This document shows positions 1 to 9,498 of a DNA stretch of 64,000 nucleotides, one piece after another; within the stretch, counting starts at the first letter, position 1, and each line of letters begins with the position of its first letter. The notes beneath the pieces are model-generated. The model ran no database searches. It saw only the letters and a list, made by a program, of their open reading frames with translations, and was not told the origin of the DNA. This stretch comes from a virus. Taxonomy: Duplodnaviria; Caudoviricetes. A program made the translations under genes and the position numbers. The DNA is taken from positions 1 through 64,000 of the IMG/VR virus record IMGVR_UViG_3300037454_000078; one strand, written 5' to 3'.

Positions 1-3000
1 ACAACGCTCCAGTAAGGTGTGATATGTTTATGGGGCGGGAATCGGAACCCTCCAACGCATCCCACGTGACATCACCGCCGCCTCCTCCGCCGCCACCAGA
101 GCCTTGACCAAGTGCGCTTACGTACTGCTGCGTCCAAAAACCGAACATCGCCTTGATGTTGTCAATGACCGTACTTGTATCGTTGGCTTCTACACGGGTA
201 TTGCCTCTGTACGCATGGAACAACCTATTAAAGAACTCGACAGACAGATAGTTTTGCCCCACCCACTCCTGTGTGGCAACGGGTTTTCCCAAAACCGATA
301 GGTTTGTAAAACCGTACTGAGGGTCAATATATGTTGTGCTGCCTATAATCGAAAGCGGCAAAGCATTGCTAAGGTTTGTTAATGTCTGCAAAGTACCCGT
401 CAATGACGTTGGTGTTCCACTGACATCGGCATATACGTTCGCTATAGTGACTATACCATTCTCGTCCCAACTTATGTTACCACCCGCCAAGTAGCCGCTA
501 CCGTCAAAACGGAAAAGAGATTTGGCGTAATCCTCTGCCAAAACGCTGTCTTCGTGGTCAACCATCGCACCTCCATACCAAGCGGCGATACCATGACCTT
601 TCGCTCCACCGTCGGATTCTTCCCTACTGTCATAAGTGCCGCTGATTCCTGCCCAAGTGGTATATGTATTGTCTTGGTTCTTTTTACGCATTGCAATCAA
701 CGACGTAAGCAAAAGCCCACCGTCAACAACAGTACCGCCACCAAGAGCATCCTTTATCGCTTTCTGTGCCGCAGCAACGGTTGCCGCATCGCCACTTGAA
801 CCGCTTCCGTTAAGGATGGCGCTGATGTAACCGTTGAACGCGCTGTCATCGGTGTACTTTGACGCTAATTCCCAATCGGAAATATCAAACGAACTATGTC
901 CAGTTCTTGGAACACTACAACCAGACTTACACTTCAATATATCGTTGTTGTATGTAGAGCCTTGGCTTGCACCGCTTGCAGGCCATACGGCATTCACCCA
1001 CAGGTCGCCCTCGTCATAAGGCACAGTCGGCGTCGTAAGGAACACCCTGCGCTTGTGGTCTGCCGTGTCCTGTGCCTTTGCCGCATCTTCCAAAGCCTTG
1101 ATGACGGCAGAATCCTGTATAACTACCCAAGCGAATACGGGGGATTGCTCTGTTCCAGTATTCGAGAAACGGAAAGCATAACCAGACTTGTTGTCGTAAA
1201 ACACATCACCCAAATGCTTCAAGCGTTCCGTGTTTACGGCTGGCGATACTGATGTGTCGGCATCGTACCATGTCTTGTAAGGCTCTTTGTTCGTCAAAGG
1301 AACAGTATCGACTGGAGCACCGCCAGACTCAGCGACAGGCATATAGTTATAGAACCAAGTGTCTATCTCGCCGTCTATCTGTTCTTGCAAGTTTCCAATT
1401 TCAGCCCATACCTCAGTGTCATCGTAGTTGTTCTGGTTTTCTTGTATGTATTGCTGTAAAGATTGGTTGCCGATAGTACTCTCTGCGTTAATCTTTGCCT
1501 TTATATTCAAGACAGGGTTATGCTGTTGTGTACCATCGTCTTGCTTATATTCGATGTATGTGGAACGGTTCCTGTCACCGATGTATGCGTCACCATAGAC
1601 TTTCAGGTCGGCATGACCCGTCGCAGAGTTATAACCGAGTTGGATATAGTTCTTGTCAGTCAGGTCAAAGTCGTTGATGTCTTGGTAAATCTGATAACTC
1701 GGAGCGTTCGCACCCGTGACGAACTCGATGATAGCACCTTGTCTTGTGCCGTCGTTGATGTTACCGAGTTGCACCATGCTATCCTGTGCCTCGGGGAAGT
1801 CAGAGCCGCTTTGGAAACTCTTGTGCGTATATTGTGTGCCGCCGATGGTAAGTGTTACATCCGTCGGGTTTCCTTGCGCATTGTGGGCGTTTGAAATGTC
1901 AATCCAAGCCTCGCCGTCATCGGTAAGAGTCCCCTCCACGTTACGGCCTACGCAGAGACGCCAATAGTGCTTCTGGTTCAATCCCTTTTCGTTAGGGTTG
2001 TCGCTCGAACCAGCAACACTTGTGATATGGCAGTACACTTGGTCGCCAATAGCGAAGTTGTTCCTTACCGTATCCTCGCCGTCAGATGCACGGAAATAGC
2101 AACGGAAATAGGCAACGCTTGAACGGTTCGCCTGCGTCTGTTCCAACAACTGGTTACTGCTGCTGTACCATTCAACGCGGACACATTTGTTGCCCGCCAC
2201 GGATGCTATCCTGTTGCCAGCCGTATGCTGATACTCGCGAATCTCCACGGTGTCGAAGTACGCCTTCATGCGGACATACATCTTGTCCGCCTCGAGGTAT
2301 GTCGTGCCGTCGTTCTCCTTGCGGAACACGCCACCCTCACCAAGCAGGCCGCTGACGAACTGCTGACCGACTTGCAAGCCGCGCATAAACGTGATAAATC
2401 CCTGCGCCGTATCGTCATTCGTCTTTGATAGTTTCTTGGACAACTCCATCCACACGTTCCTTGAATAGTTCTGTCGTAATATGGAAATGAGAGAACCAAG
2501 TTTCTCCACATCATCCGCTACGCGACCTATCGGGTTAAGAGTTATCTCCACATCATCAGTGAGCGTTATGTCGTACTGGGGCAATGGCGCGTTCCCGTAT
2601 TTCACAGTCAACTGCTTAACATACAATTCAAGTTCTTCTCCAGCAAAGTCAAAATGAACGATACTGTTCGGCTTTATCTGTGACAGTATGCTCGTATGAG
2701 TCGACAAGAAATGCTCGTCAAATTTCAGCGGGTAGTCGTAATAGTGGATATTATTCTCCAGCATATACGATTTCATCTCGCCGTCAAGACGTGTCTCTGC
2801 GTTTGTAATGTAAGATAACGGTAACGATATTCCAAGAATGACGAACGTGTCTCCTGTTGTCGGCTGCTGGTAGATATTAGGCATCAGCGTACCGAATGTC
2901 TGCGTGTCTTTCTGAACGATGACGCTTATGCTCCCAAGATTTGACTTCGGGTATTTCGTCAAGTCGCGCTGCGAGCCATTCGGCAAAAAGTTGCCGTCGC

Positions 3001-4453
3001 TATCGTAGAAATTCATCTTGTAGTCATCCCAGTCAACCTGTATGCCGAACGTGCATCCGATACAAGCACCTCCACGCATGTTTATCTGCATCTCTTCTGT
3101 AATGGCAGCGCACGCGTAAATGTCGAACGACAACTGAGGGAGTGTAATTTGGAAATAAGACTGCAGGTAATTGCCGTCGTCGTCTATGTCGTCAACCCAA
3201 CTGTCGGCTGGCGTCAAGTCTGCGTTGAGCGGTATCGCGCCAACAATCTCAGCATCCTGCCCCAACTCTGGCTTTATGTCATCGAATCCGTGTATCTCAT
3301 ACGATGGTGCGCTTGAAATTATCTCGTTCGGATATGGGTACTCCTGTGTCGCAATGGCATCGTAGTAGTCCTTAATCTCAGCGTTCGGGTTGTAGTTCGT
3401 ATTGGGCGTTCCATCGCTATTGTAAGGGCTTACCTTGTTGAAAACCGTCTGTGAATAAATTGACGGCATAAGATGTGTGCGTGTGAACGGGTGTTTTATC
3501 AGTTTGACATAAGCACCGCCGACAATACCCATATACAGAGGATATGCAGTCGTTTTCGGTGTGTTCGTGACGTGACCATCGGAATCGTAGTTGATAGTTG
3601 AACCCTGATATTCCGTATAATCCCAACGGCTGTCGCCATACCAAGGAATCTGGGGGTAGCCGTATGGTATGTTGTTCTCGCTGCCGTAGCCAGATATGCG
3701 TGTTATTATCTTGTTGTTTCTTGGTGTTCGCGAGTTGTTCTTCAAGCCGACGCCCTGCCCGAAATGGAACACAAAAGGATTATCAAGTTGCCGTTGTGTT
3801 TCGTTCTCGTATATCTCTTCAAACGGCAGACCGAATATGACTTTGAACCGCTTTCCTTCGCTATAATGCTCATCTCCGACATTGATTTTTCCGACAACAT
3901 AGGGCGCATCCCATATCTCATATCCTCGTTTAAGCGCATCTGCTATGGTCGCTTTGTCGAACTGCTGAACCTCGCTCAGAACGCTGTCTGTGGCAACTGG
4001 AAATCGGTCACTCTTAACAACAATCCATTCTGTTTCCTGCAGGTTCTTGTTCAGTTTTGCAATGAAATCATCTGGGTATCCTATCCAAGAGAAAGTCTTG
4101 TCTTGCGAGAGGTACTTTTCTTCCCCAGAAGAAACAGCCACATCACAGAAAGGAATGTTCCCAAGGACATACATCGGATGGTAGAACGTGAAAGAGTACT
4201 TTGTCATTCCTTTCAGTTCACTGTTGTCCGAAGCCATTCCCTCACGTACTATCGTTGGAGGTGTGACGAGGACATAGTGTACGCCGTCAAGTTCAATATA
4301 CTCCTGCATGGTTACGTCAAGCGTATTGTCTGCGTAACACACATCGCCAGTTATCTTGTCGCCAAGCGACATAACCACGCTGTCAACTGTAGATTTGTGC
4401 AGTACAAGGCTATGGAATGCAGTTCCATCTGCATTATATATCGGGAAATCCAT
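1..4453 (-). CDS. Large tail-tip/baseplate-hub and host-specificity protein, >1484 aa, 3'-truncated by the window edge (absent from the ORF track)
   Basis: Manual translation from ATG at 4453 (MDFPIYNADGTAFHSLVLHKSTVDSVVMSLGDKITGD...) gave an open frame to base 2; frame spot-checked at 1963 and 2503. It contains ITRISGYGSENNIP, a segment typical of phage tail hub proteins, and ends at the window edge in a Gly8 linker (74-97). Confidence 0.8.
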   Translation of the reverse strand, partial: MDFPIYNADGTAFHSLVLHKSTVDSVVMSLGDKITGDVCYADNTLDVTMQEYIELDGVHYVLVTPPTIVREGMASDNSELKGMTKYSFTFYHPMYVLGNIPFCDVAVSSGEEKYLSQDKTFSWIGYPDDFIAKLNKNLQETEWIVVKSDRFPVATDSVLSEVQQFDKATIADALKRGYEIWDAPYVVGKINVGDEHYSEGKRFKVIFGLPFEEIYENETQRQLDNPFVFHFGQGVGLKNNSRTPRNNKIITRISGYGSENNIPYGYPQIPWYGDSRWDYTEYQGSTINYDSDGHVTNTPKTTAYPLYMGIVGGAYVKLIKHPFTRTHLMPSIYSQTVFNKVSPYNSDGTPNTNYNPNAEIKDYYDAIATQEYPYPNEIISSAPSYEIHGFDDIKPELGQDAEIVGAIPLNADLTPADSWVDDIDDDGNYLQSYFQITLPQLSFDIYACAAITEEMQINMRGGACIGCTFGIQVDWDDYKMNFYDSDGNFLPNGSQRDLTKYPKSNLGSISVIVQKDTQTFGTLMPNIYQQPTTGDTFVILGISLPLSYITNAETRLDGEMKSYMLENNIHYYDYPLKFDEHFLSTHTSILSQIKPNSIVHFDFAGEELELYVKQLTVKYGNAPLPQYDITLTDDVEITLNPIGRVADDVEKLGSLISILRQNYSRNVWMELSKKLSKTNDDTAQGFITFMRGLQVGQQFVSGLLGEGGVFRKENDGTTYLEADKMYVRMKAYFDTVEIREYQHTAGNRIASVAGNKCVRVEWYSSSNQLLEQTQANRSSVAYFRCYFRASDGEDTVRNNFAIGDQVYCHITSVAGSSDNPNEKGLNQKHYWRLCVGRNVEGTLTDDGEAWIDISNAHNAQGNPTDVTLTIGGTQYTHKSFQSGSDFPEAQDSMVQLGNINDGTRQGAIIEFVTGANAPSYQIYQDINDFDLTDKNYIQLGYNSATGHADLKVYGDAYIGDRNRSTYIEYKQDDGTQQHNPVLNIKAKINAESTIGNQSLQQYIQENQNNYDDTEVWAEIGNLQEQIDGEIDTWFYNYMPVAESGGAPVDTVPLTNKEPYKTWYDADTSVSPAVNTERLKHLGDVFYDNKSGYAFRFSNTGTEQSPVFAWVVIQDSAVIKALEDAAKAQDTADHKRRVFLTTPTVPYDEGDLWVNAVWPASGASQGSTYNNDILKCKSGCSVPRTGHSSFDISDWELASKYTDDSAFNGYISAILNGSGSSGDAATVAAAQKAIKDALGGGTVVDGGLLLTSLIAMRKKNQDNTYTTWAGISGTYDSREESDGGAKGHGIAAWYGGAMVDHEDSVLAEDYAKSLFRFDGSGYLAGGNISWDENGIVTIANVYADVSGTPTSLTGTLQTLTNLSNALPLSIIGSTTYIDPQYGFTNLSVLGKPVATQEWVGQNYLSVEFFNRLFHAYRGNTRVEANDTSTVIDNIKAMFGFWTQQYVSALGQGSGGGGGGGGDVTWDALEGSDSRPINISHLTGAL

Positions 4454-4461
4454 GTTTCTTC

Positions 4462-4929
4462 CTAGAACATTCGCAGCCATCTCAATAGTTTATATATTGC
4501 AAAGATAATTACTAATATTGAAAACACCAACAGATACTTGTAATTTTTTGGATATTTAACAACTTCTGTGACTCTTTCCTTGTATTCTGTTACGATGGAG
4601 TCTCGCCAGCATGTATCATGTCTTTCTACTATCCTGTCCCTCCAGCGCGTCTTTTCTTTGTATTTTGTCTGGAATACCGTGTCACCCTTGACTCTTACTT
4701 CAAAGTACACGCTGTCCGTAGTCTTGTCGACCAATGTATCGTGTACCGTATTTGTGATGTAACGGTATACAATACGGTCACGGTACTCTATCTTCGTCTT
4801 TGTAGCGCACGAAGAGAACAAGACAACGGTCAGCAACAGAATGAACATAAAAAGTGTACTACAACCGCAATTGCCCATGTGTTGACGAAAACTTGTCTCA
4901 GAAAACACCATTATCTCATCCTTTGTCAT
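4462..4929 (-). CDS. Putative unimolecular spanin (lipoprotein with C-terminal TM helix)
   Basis: Hydrophobic signal plus lipobox (LLLTVVLFSS-C), beta-rich middle, C-terminal TM segment YLLVFSILVIIFAIY with a basic tail; directly follows the endolysin gene. Confidence 0.65.
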   Translation of the reverse strand: MTKDEIMVFSETSFRQHMGNCGCSTLFMFILLLTVVLFSSCATKTKIEYRDRIVYRYITNTVHDTLVDKTTDSVYFEVRVKGDTVFQTKYKEKTRWRDRIVERHDTCWRDSIVTEYKERVTEVVKYPKNYKYLLVFSILVIIFAIYKLLRWLRMF

Positions 4930-4934
4930 AACGC

Positions 4935-5552
4935 TTAGATGTTTTTGTATTCTTTTGTCGCGTCAAATGAAGGACACGCCTTTCCGTTCTTGTCAAGGTC
5001 TCTATGCCCTACAATCTTTGCCTTCGGATAGGTTGTCTGCAAGTCTTTAAGAAGTTTCTCCAAAGCTTTTTTCTGTGCTTCGGTACGCGTATCCTTGTCT
5101 TTCATCTTCTTGTCAACGCCACCGACATAACATACTCCTATGGAGTTGGCGTTATACCCATAGCAATGCGCGCCTACCAAGTCTACGTTGCGTCCGTCGT
5201 GTACAGAGCCGTCAAGATATACGAGATAATGGTATCCTATGTCAGCCCAACCGTTTGCCTTGTGCATGCGTCGTATGCTGTCTACAGTCTCTTCGCGTCC
5301 TTCTGGTGTAGCCGTACAGTGGACGATAATGTGTTTTATGTCACGCCTTGAAGTTTTCAATGAGTTCTTGAAAATCATTTCCCATGTCTCATTGCCGACT
5401 ATTCCGTCAGCTTTCAGTCCGTTCTTCTTCTGAAACGCCTTCACGGATTCTTCGGTTATGCTTCCAAAAATGCCGTCTTCGATAAGGTGAAGCTCGTGCT
5501 GTATGCGTCTCACCAAATCGCCTCTGCTTCCTTTTGCTATATAGATTGCCAT
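4935..5552 (-). CDS. Endolysin: N-terminal peptidoglycan-binding domain plus N-acetylmuramoyl-L-alanine amidase (Amidase_2/T7-lysozyme type)
   Basis: PG-binding signature (GSRGDLVRRIQ...DGIFG..T...VKAFQKKNGLKADGIVG..TW) and amidase motifs IIVHCTA, IGYHY, GAHC, SIGVCYVGG, GHRD, ACPSF. Likely start MAIYIAKG at 5552, not the track's 5615. Confidence 0.92.
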   Translation of the reverse strand: MAIYIAKGSRGDLVRRIQHELHLIEDGIFGSITEESVKAFQKKNGLKADGIVGNETWEMIFKNSLKTSRRDIKHIIVHCTATPEGREETVDSIRRMHKANGWADIGYHYLVYLDGSVHDGRNVDLVGAHCYGYNANSIGVCYVGGVDKKMKDKDTRTEAQKKALEKLLKDLQTTYPKAKIVGHRDLDKNGKACPSFDATKEYKNI

Positions 5553-5556
5553 ACTC

Positions 5557-6030
5557 TTATAATTTTTCGTTACTTGGTTCAATGTCTTCCTGCTTACGTT
5601 CATCCTCAGTTGCAAAGCTGTTGTCGTCGATATTCTCCATCAGACTCACCTTTTTGCGGTGCATACAGCCTACCACACCGCATAAGAAAGGGGAGAGACA
5701 GTCGAGTCTCCTGCCAAGCCGTGCAACTTTGTCTTCCAACTCATTGTACTTCAAACGCATCTCACTGTTCTCTTTCCTTAACTCGTTGCGTTCGTCCTTG
5801 TAGTGGTCTCGCTCGGCACGAACCTCACTGAGAGCCATGTCACGTTCCGCACGCACTTCAGATAACGTCTTGTTTACGTCTTCCAACGTCTGTTGGTACG
5901 TGTCCTGCATTGCCTTGAAAGCATTTGCGTCCTCAGTCCGTTTATGAGCTTTCCAGTTCACAAACCACCCGCCTCCTGCGATAAGCGTCAGCACTCCGAG
6001 AATCCAATTTAAAATGTCACCCCATTCCAT
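5557..6030 (-). CDS. Putative holin (single N-terminal TM helix plus cytoplasmic coiled coil)
   Basis: ILNWILGVLTLIAGGGWFV TM segment, long coiled coil, immediately upstream of the endolysin gene. Confidence 0.6.
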   Translation of the reverse strand: MEWGDILNWILGVLTLIAGGGWFVNWKAHKRTEDANAFKAMQDTYQQTLEDVNKTLSEVRAERDMALSEVRAERDHYKDERNELRKENSEMRLKYNELEDKVARLGRRLDCLSPFLCGVVGCMHRKKVSLMENIDDNSFATEDERKQEDIEPSNEKL

Positions 6031-6050
6031 GGTCGTTACCTCCTTTCTTT

Positions 6051-7565
6051 TTAGTTATCAAGACCCGTCTGGGCTTTGTTGTCGATTATTTCGTTAGAAT
6101 TGTTCTTGCTTATACGTGCAGCCTTATCGGAGTCGGCGTCACTGACTGCGTCTTGAGGAACAAGAGCACCTCTCTCTGATATGATTCTCTCAGCCTCGTC
6201 AGGAGCAGCGTCTGGCGACCTCTCGATGATTGTCTTCATCGACAGCCACTTGGCTTCCATCTGCAAGTTCGTAATCTTCGTGTTGTTTGTCTCAAGCGAC
6301 CAAGGAACAATCTTCGCGCTGACTTTCAGCTTACCGTACTTCTCAGAACCTCCGTTCTCCAAGTCAAGACCTTCTTGGTGCAAGTAGAACATGTCGTTGA
6401 CGAATTTTCTCCAGTCAAGTGCGCTCTGCGTGGCAAGTGCGTAGTCGTTTGACATCGCAAGTGCGATTCCGTTTCCTCCACTGTTCGTGGCAGTGATGTC
6501 TTTCGGTGTGATGAACGACGTACTTGAGAAAAGAGAAATCTTCTCCTCTAGTGTCTTGAGATAACCGTCCATCGTCTGAGGCTCTGGAAAGTCGAGAACT
6601 TTTGCATCCTGCTTTCCGTTCGTCGTGTCGCTTGACAGATTGATGATAAGAGTAGAAGAGTCTCTCTGGAACGACTTTGTGTCCATCTCTCCAGTAAATA
6701 CAAGAGCAAACGTGCCGAAACGCTTCAGCGCAATGTTCTGTATGTTGGTCATCAGCTCCCATATCTCGATTGTCGACTCTGCGTATTCCCATGCGACCTT
6801 ACCGCGCTTGTGAAGCAGAGGGCAGCGCGAGAATCCGTGCTTGCTTATGTCTATCTCCCATCCCTCTGAGCCTTGCGTGATGTGGTAGTGGTTCTTCGCG
6901 TCAAACGTGTCTATGACGATTGATTTGTCGACTTGGTAAACCAGCGAGCGAGCTATCTCCATTCCGTATTCATCGTAGTTAGGCACAATCTGATAGCCGT
7001 CCTCGTACGAATACGTCGTGATGTTGTACTGGCTGCTCGACTTGTCGAAGGAGAACAGAAGACCGCAGTTTCCGAGTTGCTTGCATGTGTTGATTGCTTG
7101 CGCCAGATGCCAGTCGTTGTTTCTCCAGTTCCATTCTGCTTTGACGTATTCAAACGCATCTACGCCCCCCTGCTCTGTGTCGTTCTTGCACAGTGTGAAC
7201 TCAAGCGGATTGCTTGTAAGGCTGCGAACATGAGCTGAATGTATAATCTTCTGGAACGAAGCCGTCTGCGTCATCTCCATCAGTCGGCCAGGCAGTTCTA
7301 CGCCATTCATCACAATCTTTATCTTTGGTACTATCTGATTCAGAATTATATAGTGCAAGTCTGGCCTGTATTCGGTAATATATGTGTCTTGCGAAATCGG
7401 CTGCAGTTCCAAGTTTGCAAAACCAGTATTCAATACAGTATTGTTGTAAACTGGACTACTCTCAAATCCGTGGTCTTTCATGATGCCTCCGCGTGTAAAC
7501 GGCTTCATCATCATAAGCCTTGTAGGTTCTTCCATGAACCATTTGATGTCGTGCTCTCTTCTCAT
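6051..7565 (-). CDS. Portal protein
   Basis: 504 aa, overlaps the TerL stop. SPP1-like portal features include KISLFSSTSFITPKD and SGGNGIALAM, a helical C-terminus and an acidic tail. Confidence 0.8.
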   Translation of the reverse strand: MRREHDIKWFMEEPTRLMMMKPFTRGGIMKDHGFESSPVYNNTVLNTGFANLELQPISQDTYITEYRPDLHYIILNQIVPKIKIVMNGVELPGRLMEMTQTASFQKIIHSAHVRSLTSNPLEFTLCKNDTEQGGVDAFEYVKAEWNWRNNDWHLAQAINTCKQLGNCGLLFSFDKSSSQYNITTYSYEDGYQIVPNYDEYGMEIARSLVYQVDKSIVIDTFDAKNHYHITQGSEGWEIDISKHGFSRCPLLHKRGKVAWEYAESTIEIWELMTNIQNIALKRFGTFALVFTGEMDTKSFQRDSSTLIINLSSDTTNGKQDAKVLDFPEPQTMDGYLKTLEEKISLFSSTSFITPKDITATNSGGNGIALAMSNDYALATQSALDWRKFVNDMFYLHQEGLDLENGGSEKYGKLKVSAKIVPWSLETNNTKITNLQMEAKWLSMKTIIERSPDAAPDEAERIISERGALVPQDAVSDADSDKAARISKNNSNEIIDNKAQTGLDN

Positions 7566-9340
7566 ATCGTGCTTAAAATGTTTAGTATCTCACTTGCGTT
7601 CCTTATTCTCGGACGTACGCGCGCAATACGCGTGTCCACGTTGTCTTCTCCGTTTATGTTGAGCAACGCCAGCATGTCGCCAGCTTCTGCGTTCTTTCGA
7701 GCCATTCCAGCGTCGTCCCGCAGCATTCTGTAGCAGTCGTAGACTGTACCACCGCATAGCAGTATGACGTTGTCCATCAGGTCTGGCGACATACCCTTCA
7801 GCATCGGCTTCATGCGCTCTTTATCCAACATTGCGTTGCGTCCGTTCGGCGTCTTGTAGAATTGGAATACGCGCGACTCGAACAGCATGTGACGCAGTAT
7901 CGTCGTACCGCCCTCACGCTTCATGTTCTTGTGCATGTAGTGCATCTGCGCAAGACGTGGCTCGTAGTGTATGAGTCCGCTCTGTATCATCTCCATCGCA
8001 ACATGGCCTGCTTCATCCTTGGCTGTTCTGTATTGGTTCTTGCTTCGTTGCGACGCAGTGCCAGCTCCAGCGAAGCATCGCGCTTGCGGATAACACTCGC
8101 GCAAGAATCCGAATCCCTGCACGTCAAGAATGAGCTTTTTCTGTGGTACGCCATGCTTCTGCATAAAGTCGTTTATCATAAGCACGGCAGTACGGTTTGT
8201 GTTGTTTGTCGAGAATTTTATGTCTTTGCACAGAAATCCGAACTTACTCCATTTCTGCCAATACTTCATGACAAGGTTGTCAAAGCCTGTCGTTGCCATA
8301 TCGACTGTGATGAACTCGTCTTCGAGAACGCTGTCGTGCGGAATCTCCATCGGTCTGAACATACGCTCAACGTCGTTCTGCGAGAGCTGTACGTTAGACA
8401 AGTCGTCAAGCTCTTCTTCTTCGTCTGTTATCGAGTAGTTCCAATTGTTTGCAAAAGACGACGCTGCAGTTGCGGAGTTAGCAGTCATTCCGCGATACGA
8501 CTTGTTCTTTGCAAGCATCTTCTTGTTGTCTCGCATATCGAACGTGAAGAACACCATCGAGAGTATGAAGTCTTCGTACGTCATGTCTTGGTCTATTGCC
8601 AAGCGAGAGTCTATGAACTCTTTCGCCTTCTCGTACACTTCACGCTTCGTTCTCCCCCAATACATCTTATTGTAGTCTCCCTCGTGCATGTAGAAGAACA
8701 TGACGACTCCATCCATAGACTTATCGACGCTTCCGTCGTCGTTAATCCAACCTCCACCATGCTCTCCTTTACCGCAAATCTTACGCAGCGGGCATTCGCG
8801 CTCTGGATTCTGAGCAAGGTATATCTGTGCTTTACCTGCGCTGTCTGAACGAAGACGCGGCATGAACGTCGTTATTGTCTTCCATTCGAACTTGTTGGCC
8901 TCGTCAAATATCAGCTTCTTAGCCTGAAGACCTTTTGCAATCTTGTCAAGCACTATTGGAGACTCGTTGTCGAGCTGTTGGAACTTAATCTCAGAGCCGT
9001 TGTAGAGCTTCATGCCCATGTCTTCTTGCTTGTGTATAATCTCTCCTATCGGGTCATGCGGCTGTTTCTTGACAGCGCGGTCTACGAGAGGATACATCTT
9101 CTTGAGTGTGTCGTTTACTTTGCCAGCACCCCAGAAATCTGAGACGTTACGCATAAAGCACACAATTTTCGCATTGTCGTTCATCGCAAGATACTCTATT
9201 GGAGCATAGTAAAGCGCAACTGTCTTGCCAGAGCCAGTCGGCCCAGCCAGCACGACAAAGTCTGCATTGGAGCGAATGGCGTACTTCTGGTTGCCATCCT
9301 CCAACGGAGCAAGTACTATGTCGTTGCGTTTCTTTGCCAT
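7562..9340 (-). CDS. terL: Terminase large subunit
   Basis: Walker A AGPTGSGKT, Walker B LIFDEAN, coupling motif LAQNP, and a RuvC-like nuclease domain (ITVDMATTGFD...SPDLMD). Confidence 0.92.
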   Translation of the reverse strand: MAKKRNDIVLAPLEDGNQKYAIRSNADFVVLAGPTGSGKTVALYYAPIEYLAMNDNAKIVCFMRNVSDFWGAGKVNDTLKKMYPLVDRAVKKQPHDPIGEIIHKQEDMGMKLYNGSEIKFQQLDNESPIVLDKIAKGLQAKKLIFDEANKFEWKTITTFMPRLRSDSAGKAQIYLAQNPERECPLRKICGKGEHGGGWINDDGSVDKSMDGVVMFFYMHEGDYNKMYWGRTKREVYEKAKEFIDSRLAIDQDMTYEDFILSMVFFTFDMRDNKKMLAKNKSYRGMTANSATAASSFANNWNYSITDEEEELDDLSNVQLSQNDVERMFRPMEIPHDSVLEDEFITVDMATTGFDNLVMKYWQKWSKFGFLCKDIKFSTNNTNRTAVLMINDFMQKHGVPQKKLILDVQGFGFLRECYPQARCFAGAGTASQRSKNQYRTAKDEAGHVAMEMIQSGLIHYEPRLAQMHYMHKNMKREGGTTILRHMLFESRVFQFYKTPNGRNAMLDKERMKPMLKGMSPDLMDNVILLCGGTVYDCYRMLRDDAGMARKNAEAGDMLALLNINGEDNVDTRIARVRPRIRNASEILNILSTI

Positions 9341-9373
9341 ATCTTACGGAACAGAAATTTTAATTTCTCGTTG

Positions 9374-9381
9374 CAAAGATA
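9374..9381 (-). promoter_or_regulatory. Late promoter -7 box (TATCTTTG) for the terminase-portal-lysis-tail tip operon
   Basis: Matches the Bacteroidota TAnnTTTG consensus, 33 nt upstream of the TerL start; no TTTG -33 box at the usual distance. Confidence 0.65.
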
Positions 9382-9420
9382 ACCAATGTAATTATGTGTT
9401 TTTTAACTATATGAGATAAA

Positions 9421-9451
9421 GTTTGTGATTTTTACATTGTTTATCACAAAC
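9421..9451. promoter_or_regulatory. Dyad GTTTGTGAT-N13-ATCACAAAC, candidate late-activator site
   Basis: Perfect 9-bp inverted repeat centred at 9436, 55 bp from each divergent -7 box. Confidence 0.6.
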
Positions 9452-9490
9452 GTGCCACAATATTATATTTTGCGCATGCGTAATTGTTCT

Positions 9491-9498
9491 TATTTTTG
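9491..9498 (+). promoter_or_regulatory. Late promoter -7 box (TATTTTTG) for the head-tail operon
   Basis: TAnnTTTG match 50 nt upstream of the ATG at 9549. Confidence 0.65.

Noticed and set aside
104-4465. Numerous plus-strand ORFs in the track (e.g. 3764-4465, 1463-1894, 7862-8848) and minus-strand ORFs opposite early genes (e.g. 35095-36063)
   Set aside because: They are antisense shadows of genuine genes, lack leaders and give implausible proteins.
9424-9448. CRP-type site (TGTGA...TCACA)
   Set aside because: The spacer is 15 nt rather than 6, so it is treated as a phage-specific dyad.
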